A DNA stretch of 64,000 nucleotides from assembly GCA_002069945.1 (NCBI GenBank), contig MWCH01000001.1, positions 90,923 to 154,922 on the forward strand. The letters are read 5' to 3'. Below, piece by piece: positions 20,972-30,481 of this stretch. Below the pieces are notes generated by a model. That model ran no database searches. It was not told where the DNA came from and worked only from the letters and a program-made list of their open reading frames with translations. A program made the position numbers and the translations under genes. Numbering within the stretch: position 1 is the stretch's first letter; each line of letters starts with the position of its first letter. This DNA comes from Microgenomates group bacterium ADurb.Bin219. GTDB taxonomy: Bacteria; Patescibacteriota; Microgenomatia; UM-FILTER-40-11.

Positions 20972-21369
20972 AAAAGATTATGACTGATTCAATTTCTCAA
21001 CTTATTTCCTGCCTTAAAAACGGTTGTCTTGCCGGAAAGAAAGAAGTGGTTTTACCCTATTCTCGGATGAAAGAAGGCATCTTGCGGATTTTGCAAAAAG
21101 AAAATTATTTGGAAAAAGTGGAAATTAAAGGAGAAAAGGCCAAAAAGGTTTTGGTTTGTTCTCTTAAAGAGAAAAAAGACGGAAAAGGAATTCAACAAAT
21201 CAAGATTGTTTCCAAACCCGGGCTGAGAGTTTATCAAAAAGCGTGCGGCGGTAAAAAGGTTTTGGGAGGATTGGGTCTTAAAATTATTTCTACCCCGAAA
21301 GGTTTACTGACCGATAAGGAAGCCGCCAAGGCGAACGTCGGAGGAGAAATTGTCTTGGAGGTTTATTAA
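20965..21369 (+). CDS. rpsH: 30S ribosomal protein S8
   Basis: Signature MTDSISQL...ISTPKGLLTDKEA...GGEIV.EVY, 134 aa. Confidence 0.94.
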   Translation: MVKKIMTDSISQLISCLKNGCLAGKKEVVLPYSRMKEGILRILQKENYLEKVEIKGEKAKKVLVCSLKEKKDGKGIQQIKIVSKPGLRVYQKACGGKKVLGGLGLKIISTPKGLLTDKEAAKANVGGEIVLEVY

Positions 21370-21384
21370 TCTTAAGTAATATTT

Positions 21385-21954
21385 ATGTCAAGAATTGGAA
21401 AAAAAATAATTTTATTGTCACCGGGAACTAATTTTTCCCTTGACCAAAACAAGGTCGTGGTTTCTGGACCTTTGGGCGAAATTGTTTTGACGGTTCCAGA
21501 AGGGTTGGAGATTAAAAAAGAAGAAAACCAAATCTCAATTGTTAACCATTCGGACGAAGAAAAGACGGCTATGATGCACGGAACTTTCCGACAAACACTT
21601 TTTAATGCGATTCAGGGAGTAACTCAGGGTTGGAAAAAAGAACTGGAAGTAAAAGGTACAGGCTTTAAAGCTCAACTTGAGGCCGAAAATTTAATTTTAA
21701 ACGTGGGTTTTTGTCATCCGGTTAAAGTTCCTCCACCGGACAAGATAAAATATGAAGTTAAGGAAAATAAAATTACCATTATTGGTCCAGATAAAGTTAA
21801 AGTCGGTTTGTTGGCGGACAAGATCCGCAAAATTTATCCACCCGATTCCTATAAAGGAAAAGGGATCCGTTATTTTGGAGAAAAAATTGTTCTTAAACCA
21901 GGCAAGGCAGCCAAAGTCGGTGCTGTTGGCGGAGTTGGAGGAGGAGCGAAATGA
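21385..21954 (+). CDS. rplF: 50S ribosomal protein L6
   Basis: SRIGKK.I....G...GP.G.L..... two-domain L6, with a short Gly-rich tail. Confidence 0.94.
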   Translation: MSRIGKKIILLSPGTNFSLDQNKVVVSGPLGEIVLTVPEGLEIKKEENQISIVNHSDEEKTAMMHGTFRQTLFNAIQGVTQGWKKELEVKGTGFKAQLEAENLILNVGFCHPVKVPPPDKIKYEVKENKITIIGPDKVKVGLLADKIRKIYPPDSYKGKGIRYFGEKIVLKPGKAAKVGAVGGVGGGAK

Positions 21955-22304
21955 GAAGCAAAAAAGAAAAAATTCAACAGAAAAAAAACCGTGTTCGGTC
22001 CAGAATAAGTCAGGATTTGCCGCGTTTGTCTGTTTTCCGGTCGGGAAAATATATTTACGCTCAAATAATTGACGACAAGACAAGAAAAACGCTTGTGTCT
22101 GTCAACGAAAAAGAGATTGAGAATCAAAAAGAGAAGGGAAAAAAGAGTAAAATGACAAGATCGACTTTAGTGGGAGAAATAATTGCCCAAAAAGCTTTGG
22201 CGGCAGGAGTCAAAAAAGTGGTTTTTGACCGTAATTATTATCTTTATCACGGAAGAGTTAAAGCTTTAGCCGAAGCGGCCAGAAAAGCCGGTCTTGGTTT
22301 TTAA
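21951..22304 (+). CDS. rplR: 50S ribosomal protein L18
   Basis: RLSVFRSGKYIYAQIIDD...AAG...VFDR..Y.YHGRVKALAEAAR.AGL. Confidence 0.92.
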   Translation: MRSKKEKIQQKKNRVRSRISQDLPRLSVFRSGKYIYAQIIDDKTRKTLVSVNEKEIENQKEKGKKSKMTRSTLVGEIIAQKALAAGVKKVVFDRNYYLYHGRVKALAEAARKAGLGF

Positions 22305-22324
22305 TATTTTTCTTTAAAGTATTT

Positions 22325-22801
22325 ATGATTAAAAATTTTTCTAAAAACGGACCAGCCCAGTCGGGTAACGATGAATTTTCGGAAAAAGTTGTCCGCGTTA
22401 GCCGGGTGTCTAAAAAAAGAGCCGGAGGAAGTAAAATATCATTTTCAGCCATCGTGGTTGTCGGTGATAAAAAAGGAAAAGTTGGTGTCGGATTAGGTAA
22501 GGCGCCGACGGTTTCCTTGGCCGTTGCCAAGGGATCCGCTTACGCCAAAAGACATTTGGTGGAAATTACTTTAAGAAAAGGAACCATAATTCACGAAGTT
22601 CGGGTAAAACGAGGAGCTGCCAAAATTTTATTAAAACCGGCGCCGGAAGGCTCGGGAATCATTGCCGGCGGTTCGGTAAGAGCAGTCGTGGAAATGGCGG
22701 GAATTAAAAACATTTCCTCCAAGATTTTGGGCACGGGCAATCAGGCTTCCAATATTTATGCTACCCTGGAAGCTTTGAAACAATTGAGCGTTTCCCAATA
22801 A
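22325..22801 (+). CDS. rpsE: 30S ribosomal protein S5
   Basis: VVRVSRVSKKRAGGSKISFSAIVVVGDKKGKVGVGLGKA... Confidence 0.95.
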   Translation: MIKNFSKNGPAQSGNDEFSEKVVRVSRVSKKRAGGSKISFSAIVVVGDKKGKVGVGLGKAPTVSLAVAKGSAYAKRHLVEITLRKGTIIHEVRVKRGAAKILLKPAPEGSGIIAGGSVRAVVEMAGIKNISSKILGTGNQASNIYATLEALKQLSVSQ

Positions 22802-22846
22802 ACTATTTGGCCAGATTAAAAGAATAAACCAAAAATAAGGAGAAAA

Positions 22847-23329
22847 ATGAAACTTTCTAATTTACCCAAAACAATTCAAAAATCCAAAAAAAGAATCGGC
22901 CGTGGTCGTGGTTCGGGTAAGGGCGGTCACACGGTTGGCCGGGGAAAATATGGCCAAAAGTCAAGAGAAAAAGTCGGCCTTCTTTTTGAGGGAACCAAAT
23001 TAAAAAAGTCGCTTTTAAAGAGGCTGCCCTTATTGCGAGGCAAAGGCAAATTTAAACCCGGTATAAAGCCTTTAATTGTCAATCTTAAGTATTTGAATCT
23101 TTTTAAAGACGGGGAGACAATTAATTTGGAAAGTTTGGCCGAAAAGGGAATAATTAAAAAAGACGAAGGAATTAAATACGGAGTAAAAATTCTCGGTGAA
23201 GGAAATCTTGAACGTTCCTTGACTATAAATTTGCCTACTTCCAATTCGGCCAAAGAAAAGATTGAGAAAGCCAAAGGCAAGGTTGTCCTGACCACAAAAA
23301 CAGCGAAAGAAAAAGATGAAAAAAATTAA
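22847..23329 (+). CDS. rplO: 50S ribosomal protein L15. It follows rpsE directly, with no L30 gene between.
   Basis: [26 protein letters not shown]. Confidence 0.92.
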   Translation: MKLSNLPKTIQKSKKRIGRGRGSGKGGHTVGRGKYGQKSREKVGLLFEGTKLKKSLLKRLPLLRGKGKFKPGIKPLIVNLKYLNLFKDGETINLESLAEKGIIKKDEGIKYGVKILGEGNLERSLTINLPTSNSAKEKIEKAKGKVVLTTKTAKEKDEKN

Positions 23330-24608
23330 AGAAACCCTAAGAACAATCTTTAGCTTTCCCGAACTCAAAAACAAGATTCTCTTTACTCTCCTGATCCTCT
23401 TTGTTTTTCGTTTATGCGCTCACGTCCCCGTTCCGGGAGTTGATACCGATTCTTTGAAAAATCTTTTTCGTCAAAATCAGTTTTTGGGATTATTGGATAT
23501 GTTTTCCGGAGGGACCTTGGCCAATTTTTCGGTAATGGCTTTGGGCTTGGGTCCTTATATTAATTCGTCAATTATTCTTCAATTGCTGACCATGATTTTT
23601 CCCAAACTGGAAGAGCTGTCAAAAGAAGGAGAATACGGTCAGGAAAAAATCAATCAATACACCCGTTTTTTGACCTTGCCCCTTTCTTTACTCCAAGGAA
23701 TCGGAATGTATTTTCTTTTAAAAAATGCCAATATTATTTTTGCTTCTAATCCGATTGCTTTCCTTTCTTTGGTGGCGACGATGTCCGCCGGCACTTATTT
23801 TTTGATGTGGCTGGGAGAAATGATCACCGAAAAAGGAATCGGCAACGGGATTTCTTTAATAATTTTTGCCGGAATCGTTAATCGTTTGCCGATTGAGATT
23901 AGTCAGACGGTTGCCGTTACAGGAGCCGAGAATTTTTTTAATGTTTTGGTTTTTTTCGGCTTGAGTATTTTGGTCATCGCGGCGGTTATCTTTACCGACG
24001 AAGCGATTAGAAAGATCAGAATAGAGTATGCCAAAAGAATTTCGGGAGGAAAAATGTACGGCGGTCAATCAACGTTTTTACCTTTAAAGATTAACCAGGC
24101 GGGTGTTATTCCGATAATCTTTGCCGTTTCTTTTGTTTTGATTCCTTCCTTAATCGGCCGATTTTTGGAACAGGTTCCGAATCCGGCAATTGCCGGTTTT
24201 GGCAGAATTTTAAGTCGTTTGTTTGATCCCAACGGAGCGGTTTACAACTTTATTTATTTTATCCTGGTTGTTGGTTTTACCTATTTTTATACTTCTATGG
24301 TTTTCAATTCGCAGAAAATTGCCGAAGAAATCAAAAAGGCCGGCGGTTTTATTCCCGGAATCAGACCGGGAACACCAACCGCAGAATACTTAAATTTTAT
24401 TTTGACGCGGATTACCTTTGCCGGAGCTTTGTTTTTAGGGGTGATTGCTATTCTGCCCAATATTGCCCAAAAGATTTTTGGCATTAGCACTCTTTCTTTG
24501 GGAGGGACGGGAATTTTAATCGTTGTTTCCGTTATTCTGGAAACGACCAAGACAATTCAGAGCATGATTCAAATGAGAGGGTATGAGAAATTTCTGGAAA
24601 AGTTCTAA
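23316..24608 (+). CDS. secY: Preprotein translocase SecY
   Basis: Ten-transmembrane SecY with [15 protein letters not shown] and the plug region; 430 aa. Confidence 0.95.
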   Translation: MKKIKETLRTIFSFPELKNKILFTLLILFVFRLCAHVPVPGVDTDSLKNLFRQNQFLGLLDMFSGGTLANFSVMALGLGPYINSSIILQLLTMIFPKLEELSKEGEYGQEKINQYTRFLTLPLSLLQGIGMYFLLKNANIIFASNPIAFLSLVATMSAGTYFLMWLGEMITEKGIGNGISLIIFAGIVNRLPIEISQTVAVTGAENFFNVLVFFGLSILVIAAVIFTDEAIRKIRIEYAKRISGGKMYGGQSTFLPLKINQAGVIPIIFAVSFVLIPSLIGRFLEQVPNPAIAGFGRILSRLFDPNGAVYNFIYFILVVGFTYFYTSMVFNSQKIAEEIKKAGGFIPGIRPGTPTAEYLNFILTRITFAGALFLGVIAILPNIAQKIFGISTLSLGGTGILIVVSVILETTKTIQSMIQMRGYEKFLEKF

Positions 24609-24689
24609 CGCTCGGGAAACTTTGGAGAAATTTCTGGAAAAGTTCTAACGCTCGGGAAACTTTGGAGAAATTTCTGGAAAAGTTCTAAT
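24586..24689. repeat. Perfect 40-bp direct tandem repeat (2.6 copies) spanning the secY stop codon
   Basis: The unit GAGAAATTTCTGGAAAAGTTCTAACGCTCGGGAAACTTTG occurs identically at 24586-24625 and 24626-24665, with a 24-nt partial third copy at 24666-24689. Confidence 0.9.
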
Positions 24690-24718
24690 TTTTAGTAATT
24701 TGGAGAATTTTAAAAAAA

Positions 24719-25375
24719 ATGAATATTGTTCTTATCGGTCAACCGGCATCGGGAAAAGGAACTCAGGCCGAAAAGCTGGTGGAAAAATACGGATTGGCTT
24801 ATGTTGAGATGGGGGGAATCTTAAGAAAAATTTCCAAAGAGGATTCCGATCTTGGCCGACAAATAAAAAGCATTATTGAAGAAGGGAAGTTGGTGCCTGA
24901 TCAAATGACGATTGAAATTTTGATTAAACACCTGGAAAATCTTAATCGGCTTGACGGAATCATTTTTGACGGCTTCCCTCGGATGATTACCCAGGCGGAA
25001 GCTTTTGAAAAGTATTTGGCCGAGAAAGAAAAAAAAATAGATCTGGCTATATATTTGGATCTTCCCCGGGAAGAGGTCTTTAAAAGATTGGTTAATCGCC
25101 GCTTGTGCGAAAAATGCGGGAAAACCTTTAATCTTTTGACTAAACCTTCCCAGGCCGGAGATTTATGCGATTCTTGCGGCGGAAAACTGGTGGTTCGCTC
25201 CGACGAGACACCGGAAAAAGTCAATGTCCGACTTGATTTGTTTGAACAACAAACCCGTCCGGTAATCGAATATTTCGCCCAAAAAGGAATTTTGGAAAAA
25301 GTTGACGGGAACCGGTCAATTGAAGATATCTTTGCCGAAATTGCTTTAAGAATTAGCCGGCGGAATTTGGTTTAA
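24719..25375 (+). CDS. adk: Adenylate kinase (Zn-lid type)
   Basis: GQPASGKGTQ P-loop; lid CEKCG...CDSCGG. Confidence 0.95.
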   Translation: MNIVLIGQPASGKGTQAEKLVEKYGLAYVEMGGILRKISKEDSDLGRQIKSIIEEGKLVPDQMTIEILIKHLENLNRLDGIIFDGFPRMITQAEAFEKYLAEKEKKIDLAIYLDLPREEVFKRLVNRRLCEKCGKTFNLLTKPSQAGDLCDSCGGKLVVRSDETPEKVNVRLDLFEQQTRPVIEYFAQKGILEKVDGNRSIEDIFAEIALRISRRNLV

Positions 25376-25377
25376 GA

Positions 25378-26160
25378 GTGAAGATGATTCATTTAAAGTC
25401 ACCGGCAGAAATTAACTTGATGGTTGAAGGCGGAAAAAAACTGGCGGAGATCAGGAATTTATTGGTTTCCCGGGCAAAAAGTGGAGTAACAACGCAGGCG
25501 CTGGACGAATTGGCCAAAAAGGAAATACTGGCTTTTGGCGGCCGGCCATCATTTACGACTGTCAGACACTATCCTTATACAACCTGTATTTCCGTTAACG
25601 ACGAAGTTGTTCATGGATTGCCCGGAAAGAGGAAGCTTGCCTTGGGCGATGTGGTTAAAATTGATTTGGGCATGATTTACGGCGATTTACATACGGACAC
25701 GACGGATACGATTCAGGTTGACGCTGAGCGAAGCCGAAGTATTGAAGGTAAAAACGAATCGGAAACGGAAAGATTTTTAAGAGTGGGGAAAGAAACGTTG
25801 GGAAAAGCAATCGGGGTGGTTAAACCGGGTAACCGTATTGGCCATATTAGCCAAGCAATTCAGGAAAATATTGAAAAGGCAGGTTATTCGGAGGTTAAAG
25901 TTTTGACCGGACACGGAATCGGTCGGGTTTTGCACGAAGAGCCGATGATTCCTCAATTTCTAGACGGTCCAATAGAAAATACTCCGGAAATTAAACCAGG
26001 AATGACATTTGCGATTGAAGTGATTTATAATTTAGGTACGGGTTTGGTAGTCATGAGACCTGACGGCTGGACAATTGCTTCGGAAGATGGTAAAATATCA
26101 GCTACTTTTGAAAAAAGTTTAGCCGTAGGCGAAAAAGGAGTGATTGTTCTTACTCCTTAA
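25378..26160 (+). CDS. map: Methionine aminopeptidase type I
   Basis: MetAP metal-ligand pattern (D..D..H..E..E) and VHGLPG motif. Confidence 0.93.
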   Translation: MKMIHLKSPAEINLMVEGGKKLAEIRNLLVSRAKSGVTTQALDELAKKEILAFGGRPSFTTVRHYPYTTCISVNDEVVHGLPGKRKLALGDVVKIDLGMIYGDLHTDTTDTIQVDAERSRSIEGKNESETERFLRVGKETLGKAIGVVKPGNRIGHISQAIQENIEKAGYSEVKVLTGHGIGRVLHEEPMIPQFLDGPIENTPEIKPGMTFAIEVIYNLGTGLVVMRPDGWTIASEDGKISATFEKSLAVGEKGVIVLTP

Positions 26161-26202
26161 AAAAAATTATGAGGGGAAACCCTCTAATTTAATGTAAAAA
26201 TT

Positions 26203-26424
26203 ATGGTTCAAAAAGGAATTTCCGAATTAGACGGTTTTGTTTTGGAAAGTTTACCGAACGCAAATTTTAAAGTGGAAATTGGAGAAGGAAAAGTGGTTTT
26301 ATGCCATGTTTCCGGAAAAATGAGGCTGAATCATATCCGGATCATGCCGGGTGACAGGGTCAAGCTGGAGATGACTCCTTATGACCAAAACCGGGGAAGA
26401 ATTGTTTATAAATATAACCGATAG
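26203..26424 (+). CDS. infA: Translation initiation factor IF-1
   Basis: LPNANFKVE...G..VL.H.SGKMR...I...GD.V..E...YD..RGRI.. Confidence 0.95.
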   Translation: MVQKGISELDGFVLESLPNANFKVEIGEGKVVLCHVSGKMRLNHIRIMPGDRVKLEMTPYDQNRGRIVYKYNR

Positions 26425-26482
26425 AGTAAGAGAGGTTAGAGATTAGAGTAAAGGTGCAGAACTCTAAGCTCTCTACAATAAA

Positions 26483-26596
26483 ATGAAAGTCCAATCATCA
26501 GTCAAAAAAAGATGCCGGAATTGTAAAATTGTTTGCCGGAAAGGCCGGATTTATATTATTTGTAAAAACCCGAAACACAAACAAAGACAAGGGTAA
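26483..26596 (+). CDS. rpmJ: 50S ribosomal protein L36 (37 aa, Zn-ribbon form), absent from the ORF track
   Basis: Hand translation gives [37 protein letters not shown]. Confidence 0.88.
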   Translation: MKVQSSVKKRCRNCKIVCRKGRIYIICKNPKHKQRQG

Positions 26597-26616
26597 TCTA
26601 ATTTAAGATAAAGATA

Positions 26617-27048
26617 ATGATCAGAATTGCCGGAGTTGATTTACAAGACAACAAAATTGTCAGAATTGGCTTGACAAAAATTTTTGGTCTCGGTCGGAGT
26701 AACGTCGAGAAGGTTTTACAGGAAACCGGGATTGAAGGAGGAAAAAGAATTAAAGAATTAACCGACGAGGAGGTTTCCCGGATTCAAAAGTTTATTGATG
26801 CCAAGATTAAAGTTGAGGGTGATTTACGCCAGGAAATTCAGGATAATATTTTTCGTCTTAAAAGAATTGCCGCCTATCGCGGTAAACGTCACGCTGCCAA
26901 TTTGCCTGTTCGGGGTCAAAGAACCAGGACCAATGCCCGAACCAAAAGGGGCAAAAGAGTGACCATCGGTGCCTTAAAGAAAGAAGCGTTAAATAAAATT
27001 GAACAAGCAAAAATAGGAAGCGATAAACAGGCAAATGAAAAAAAGTAA
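26617..27048 (+). CDS. rpsM: 30S ribosomal protein S13
   Basis: MIRIAGVDL....V..GLT.I.G.GRS. Confidence 0.95.
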   Translation: MIRIAGVDLQDNKIVRIGLTKIFGLGRSNVEKVLQETGIEGGKRIKELTDEEVSRIQKFIDAKIKVEGDLRQEIQDNIFRLKRIAAYRGKRHAANLPVRGQRTRTNARTKRGKRVTIGALKKEALNKIEQAKIGSDKQANEKK

Positions 27049-27409
27049 TTTGGAAACAAAAACAATTGAAAAAGCCCAAATCCACGTTGCCGCAACTTTT
27101 AATAATACTTTAGTGGCGGTAACCGATACGGAAGGCAAGGTTTTAACCAGCCTTTCTTCCGGAGCGGTTGGTTTTAAAGGCGCAAGAAAAGCAACCCCTT
27201 TTGCCGCAACGGTAACCGTGGAAAAAGCTTTGGAAAAGGTTAGAAATCTAGGGATTAAATCGGTTGAAATATTTATTAAAGGACCTGGTGCCGGCAGAGA
27301 CGCCGCTTTGAGGGCTATCCGGGCCGCTAATTTTAAAATTGATTTGATCGGCGACGTGACTCCTATTCCCCACAATGGCTGTCGGCCGAAAAAAAGAAGA
27401 AGGATGTAA
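27035..27409 (+). CDS. rpsK: 30S ribosomal protein S11
   Basis: IHV.ATFNNT.V..TD..G.....SSG..GFKG..K.TPFAA. Confidence 0.95.
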   Translation: MKKSNLETKTIEKAQIHVAATFNNTLVAVTDTEGKVLTSLSSGAVGFKGARKATPFAATVTVEKALEKVRNLGIKSVEIFIKGPGAGRDAALRAIRAANFKIDLIGDVTPIPHNGCRPKKRRRM

Positions 27410-27443
27410 GGATTAAAAATAATTAATATTTAATATTTAATTT

Positions 27444-28073
27444 ATGTCAAGATATTTAGGACCAAAATGTCGCCTTTGCCGCCGGGAGGGGAAAAAGCTC
27501 TTTTTAAAAGGAGCCAGGTGCAGCTCTCCGAAATGTCCTTTGGAGAAAAAGGGAGCGGTTATCCCCGGCCAGCACGGTTCCCGAAGATTTAGCGGAAAAA
27601 GTTCCGAGTATAGTTTGCAGTTAAGGGAAAAACAAAAAGCAAAAAGAACTTATCAGGTTTTCGAAAAACAAATTAAGATCTATTACGAAGAGGCAAAAAA
27701 ACAAAAGTCGGCAACCGGGAAAGCCTTATTAAGACTTTTGGAAACGAGGTTGGATAATGTTTTGTACCGATTGGGTTTTTCCGCCTCCCGCTCTTCTGCC
27801 CGACAGTTAATTCGCCACGGTCACGTTACGGTTGACGGAAAAAAGGTCAATATCCCTTCTTTCTTGGTTAAGAAAGACCAATTGATTGGTCTTGACCAAA
27901 AGGCGTTAAAAATTGTTGAAGTTAAAAAAGCAGTTGAAGATAAGGATTATAAATTACCTCTTTGGTTGGAACGAAAGGCGGCAGTCGGAAAGATTATCAG
28001 ATTGCCCGATAATGACGATTTACCTACAGAAATTGACGATCAATTAATAGTAGAATTTTATTCACGCGCCTAG
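27444..28073 (+). CDS. rpsD: 30S ribosomal protein S4 (Zn-ribbon N-terminus)
   Basis: SRYLGPKCRLCRREG.KLFLKG.RC.SPKC; S4 domain. Confidence 0.95.
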   Translation: MSRYLGPKCRLCRREGKKLFLKGARCSSPKCPLEKKGAVIPGQHGSRRFSGKSSEYSLQLREKQKAKRTYQVFEKQIKIYYEEAKKQKSATGKALLRLLETRLDNVLYRLGFSASRSSARQLIRHGHVTVDGKKVNIPSFLVKKDQLIGLDQKALKIVEVKKAVEDKDYKLPLWLERKAAVGKIIRLPDNDDLPTEIDDQLIVEFYSRA

Positions 28074-28110
28074 TCGGAAATTATTACCGACGGCTAAATG
28101 AGGAGGAAAT

Positions 28111-29028
28111 ATGATTGAACCAATCTTTGAAGTAAAAAAGGAAAAAGAAACCGCTGATTTCGGTTTGTTTATTATTGAACCGTTACAGCAAGGTTATGGC
28201 CATACTTTAGGCAATGCCCTGAGGAGAGTTTTGTTGTCTTCTTTGCCCGGAGCGGCCGTTGTTCAGGTTAAAATTCCCGGAGTAAGACACCCATTTTCCA
28301 CGATTAGCGGTTTAAAAGAGGATGTCGTTTCCTTGATTCTTAATTTGAAGAAAATAAGATTGGAATATCTGGGAGAAAAACCGCAAAAAATTATTCTTGA
28401 TAAAACCGGACCGGGCGTGGTAAAAGCTTCCGATATTGAAGCGCCGACCGGCGTCAAGATAATTAATGGCGATTTGATTTTAGGAACCCTGGCGGATAAA
28501 AAATCCCGCTTAAAGATGGAAATGATTGTTGAAAGAGGTTACGGTTATTCTCCCGCCGAGGAAAGACCGTCGGAGGAAATTGGGGTTATTCCGATTGACG
28601 CTTCTTTTTCGCCGGTAATCAGAGTAAATTACCAGGTTAGCGCTACCCGTGTCGGAAGGGTGATTAATTGGGATAAAATTTCTCTGGAAATTTGGACCGA
28701 CGGCACTATCTCTCCGTCCCGGGCGTTTGACGAATCGGCCAAAGTTTTGGAAAGTTTTTATCAACAGATTGTCAATCCCAAAAAAGAAAAGAAAGAAGCG
28801 GCGATAAAAGAAGAAAAAATTTCCAAGGAAGTTTTGGAAATGTCGGTCGAAGAATTGGAATTGCCGACAAGGATTGCCAATTCTTTAGCTAAGGGCGGTT
28901 TGGCTCAAGTCGGCGACATTTTAGCGGCCGGAAGGAAAAAGATTGTCAAAGTTAAAAATTTAGGGACGAAATCAATAAAAATCATCGAGGCCGCCTTGAA
29001 GCAAAAAGGGATTGAGTTGACCGATTGA
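28111..29028 (+). CDS. rpoA: DNA-directed RNA polymerase alpha subunit
   Basis: Alpha N-terminal domain and a C-terminal helix-hairpin-helix domain (LELPTRIANSL...VKNLGTKSI.EI). Confidence 0.94.
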   Translation: MIEPIFEVKKEKETADFGLFIIEPLQQGYGHTLGNALRRVLLSSLPGAAVVQVKIPGVRHPFSTISGLKEDVVSLILNLKKIRLEYLGEKPQKIILDKTGPGVVKASDIEAPTGVKIINGDLILGTLADKKSRLKMEMIVERGYGYSPAEERPSEEIGVIPIDASFSPVIRVNYQVSATRVGRVINWDKISLEIWTDGTISPSRAFDESAKVLESFYQQIVNPKKEKKEAAIKEEKISKEVLEMSVEELELPTRIANSLAKGGLAQVGDILAAGRKKIVKVKNLGTKSIKIIEAALKQKGIELTD

Positions 29029-29558
29029 TTATTTTTACTGTTATGAAACACCGAGTTGCCGGAAAAAAATTCAGCCGTAATACCAAAGAACGAAAAGCTT
29101 TATTTTTATCTTTAGTTCGTTCTTTGGTGGAAAGAGGAGTTTTGGTTACTACTCTGACAAAAGCCAAAACTACCAAAAGATTAACCGAAAAACTGGTAAC
29201 TTCGGGGAAAAAAAATTCGGTTGCCGGCCGTCGGGAGGTTTTTTCCTTTTTGCGCGATAAAAAACTGGCAAATTATTTGGTTGACGAGATTGTCCCTCTT
29301 TTTAAACAAAGATCCGGTGGTTATTTGCGCTTAATTCATTTACCTCCCCGAAAAGGAGATGCGGCGCCGATGGCCAAAGTGGAATGGGTTGAATTATTGC
29401 CGAAAAAGGAAGTTAAAGAAGAAGTAAAATCTTTGGTCAAGAAAGATTCTGATTCAAAAGTAGAGAAAACTGAGCCGGTTGGAAAAGAGAAAGAACCGGA
29501 AAAGACCAAAAAAACCGTTAAAGAGATAAAAGAAAAAAAGGATAAAAATGAAAAATAA
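29025..29558 (+). CDS. rplQ: 50S ribosomal protein L17, with a long Lys/Glu-rich C-terminal extension
   Basis: HRVAGKKFSRNTKERKALF..L...L. Confidence 0.92.
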   Translation: MIIFTVMKHRVAGKKFSRNTKERKALFLSLVRSLVERGVLVTTLTKAKTTKRLTEKLVTSGKKNSVAGRREVFSFLRDKKLANYLVDEIVPLFKQRSGGYLRLIHLPPRKGDAAPMAKVEWVELLPKKEVKEEVKSLVKKDSDSKVEKTEPVGKEKEPEKTKKTVKEIKEKKDKNEK

Positions 29559-29973
29559 TCTTAAACCAACCAAGAAAAACGAGATTAAAAGGGAGTGGCA
29601 TTTAATTGATGCCGGAGAGAAAATTTTAGGCAGATTGACCAGTGAAATTACTTCCTTATTGATCGGAAAGAACAAACCGTATTTTGTCAATTATTTGGAT
29701 TGCGGCGATTATGTTGTTGTTGTCAACGCCGCCCAAATTAAAACAACTGGCGAAAAGGAAAAAAATAAAAAATACACCCGTTATTCCGGTTATCCGGGCG
29801 GTTTGAAAACAATTACTCTGGAAAAATTAAGAGTTGAACATCCGGAAAGAATTATTGAGTATGCAGTGCGGAATATGTTGCCGAAAAATAAGCATAGGGA
29901 TCAGCGGATGGCCAGACTCAAAATATTTGCCGGTGACCAGCATCCTTATCAGGATAAGTTTAAAAAAGGTTAA
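29548..29973 (+). CDS. rplM: 50S ribosomal protein L13
   Basis: REWHLIDA....LGRL.S.I...L.GK.KP.F. Confidence 0.95.
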   Translation: MKNNLKPTKKNEIKREWHLIDAGEKILGRLTSEITSLLIGKNKPYFVNYLDCGDYVVVVNAAQIKTTGEKEKNKKYTRYSGYPGGLKTITLEKLRVEHPERIIEYAVRNMLPKNKHRDQRMARLKIFAGDQHPYQDKFKKG

Positions 29974-29986
29974 AAAAGGAAAAATT

Positions 29987-30481
29987 ATGCCAAAAATAAA
30001 GAAATCCCCAAAAACAGAAGAAACAAAGGCCGAAGTTATAATGCAAAAAGAAATCAAAACGGAGAAAAAGCCGAAAACAGAAGCGAAAAAGATAAAATAT
30101 ATTTTTTCAGTCGGCAGAAGAAAAAGAAGCGTTGCTTTGGTCAAGCTTTATGCCGGTAAGGGTAAATCTGTTGTAAACGGAAAGCCGATTGAAGAGTATT
30201 TTTTAGGACGGACTGCCGCAATTCTTTATCGCCGGCCGTTGGCTCTTCTTGGAGCGGAGGAAAATTATTATTGCACTTCAAGTATTAAAGGTGGCGGAAA
30301 AGCCGGTCAGTTGGAAGCTTTTATTCATGCTTTATCCCGCGCTCTAGTCCAAGCCGATAAACAGAATCGAAAAATCCTAAAGGAGAATTTATTTCTCAGA
30401 AGAAATCCCAAGGAAAAAGAAAGAAGAAAACCGGGTTTGGCAGGAAAAGCCCGCAAGAGGAAACAATCACCGAAAAGATGA
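29987..30481 (+). CDS. rpsI: 30S ribosomal protein S9 with a Lys-rich N-terminal extension. The start is the ATG at 29987, not 29834.
   Basis: GRRKRSVALVKL..G.G...NG....Y............GGG..GQ..A...A.SRAL. Confidence 0.9.
   Translation: MPKIKKSPKTEETKAEVIMQKEIKTEKKPKTEAKKIKYIFSVGRRKRSVALVKLYAGKGKSVVNGKPIEEYFLGRTAAILYRRPLALLGAEENYYCTSSIKGGGKAGQLEAFIHALSRALVQADKQNRKILKENLFLRRNPKEKERRKPGLAGKARKRKQSPKR

Noticed and set aside
24586-24689. The 40-bp repeats as a CRISPR array
   Set aside because: The copies are contiguous with no spacers, they duplicate coding sequence, and no cas genes are present.
29834-30481. 215-aa ORF as the full S9 gene
   Set aside because: S9 homology starts at MPKIKK (ATG at 29987). 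The upstream 51 codons overlap rplM in another frame.
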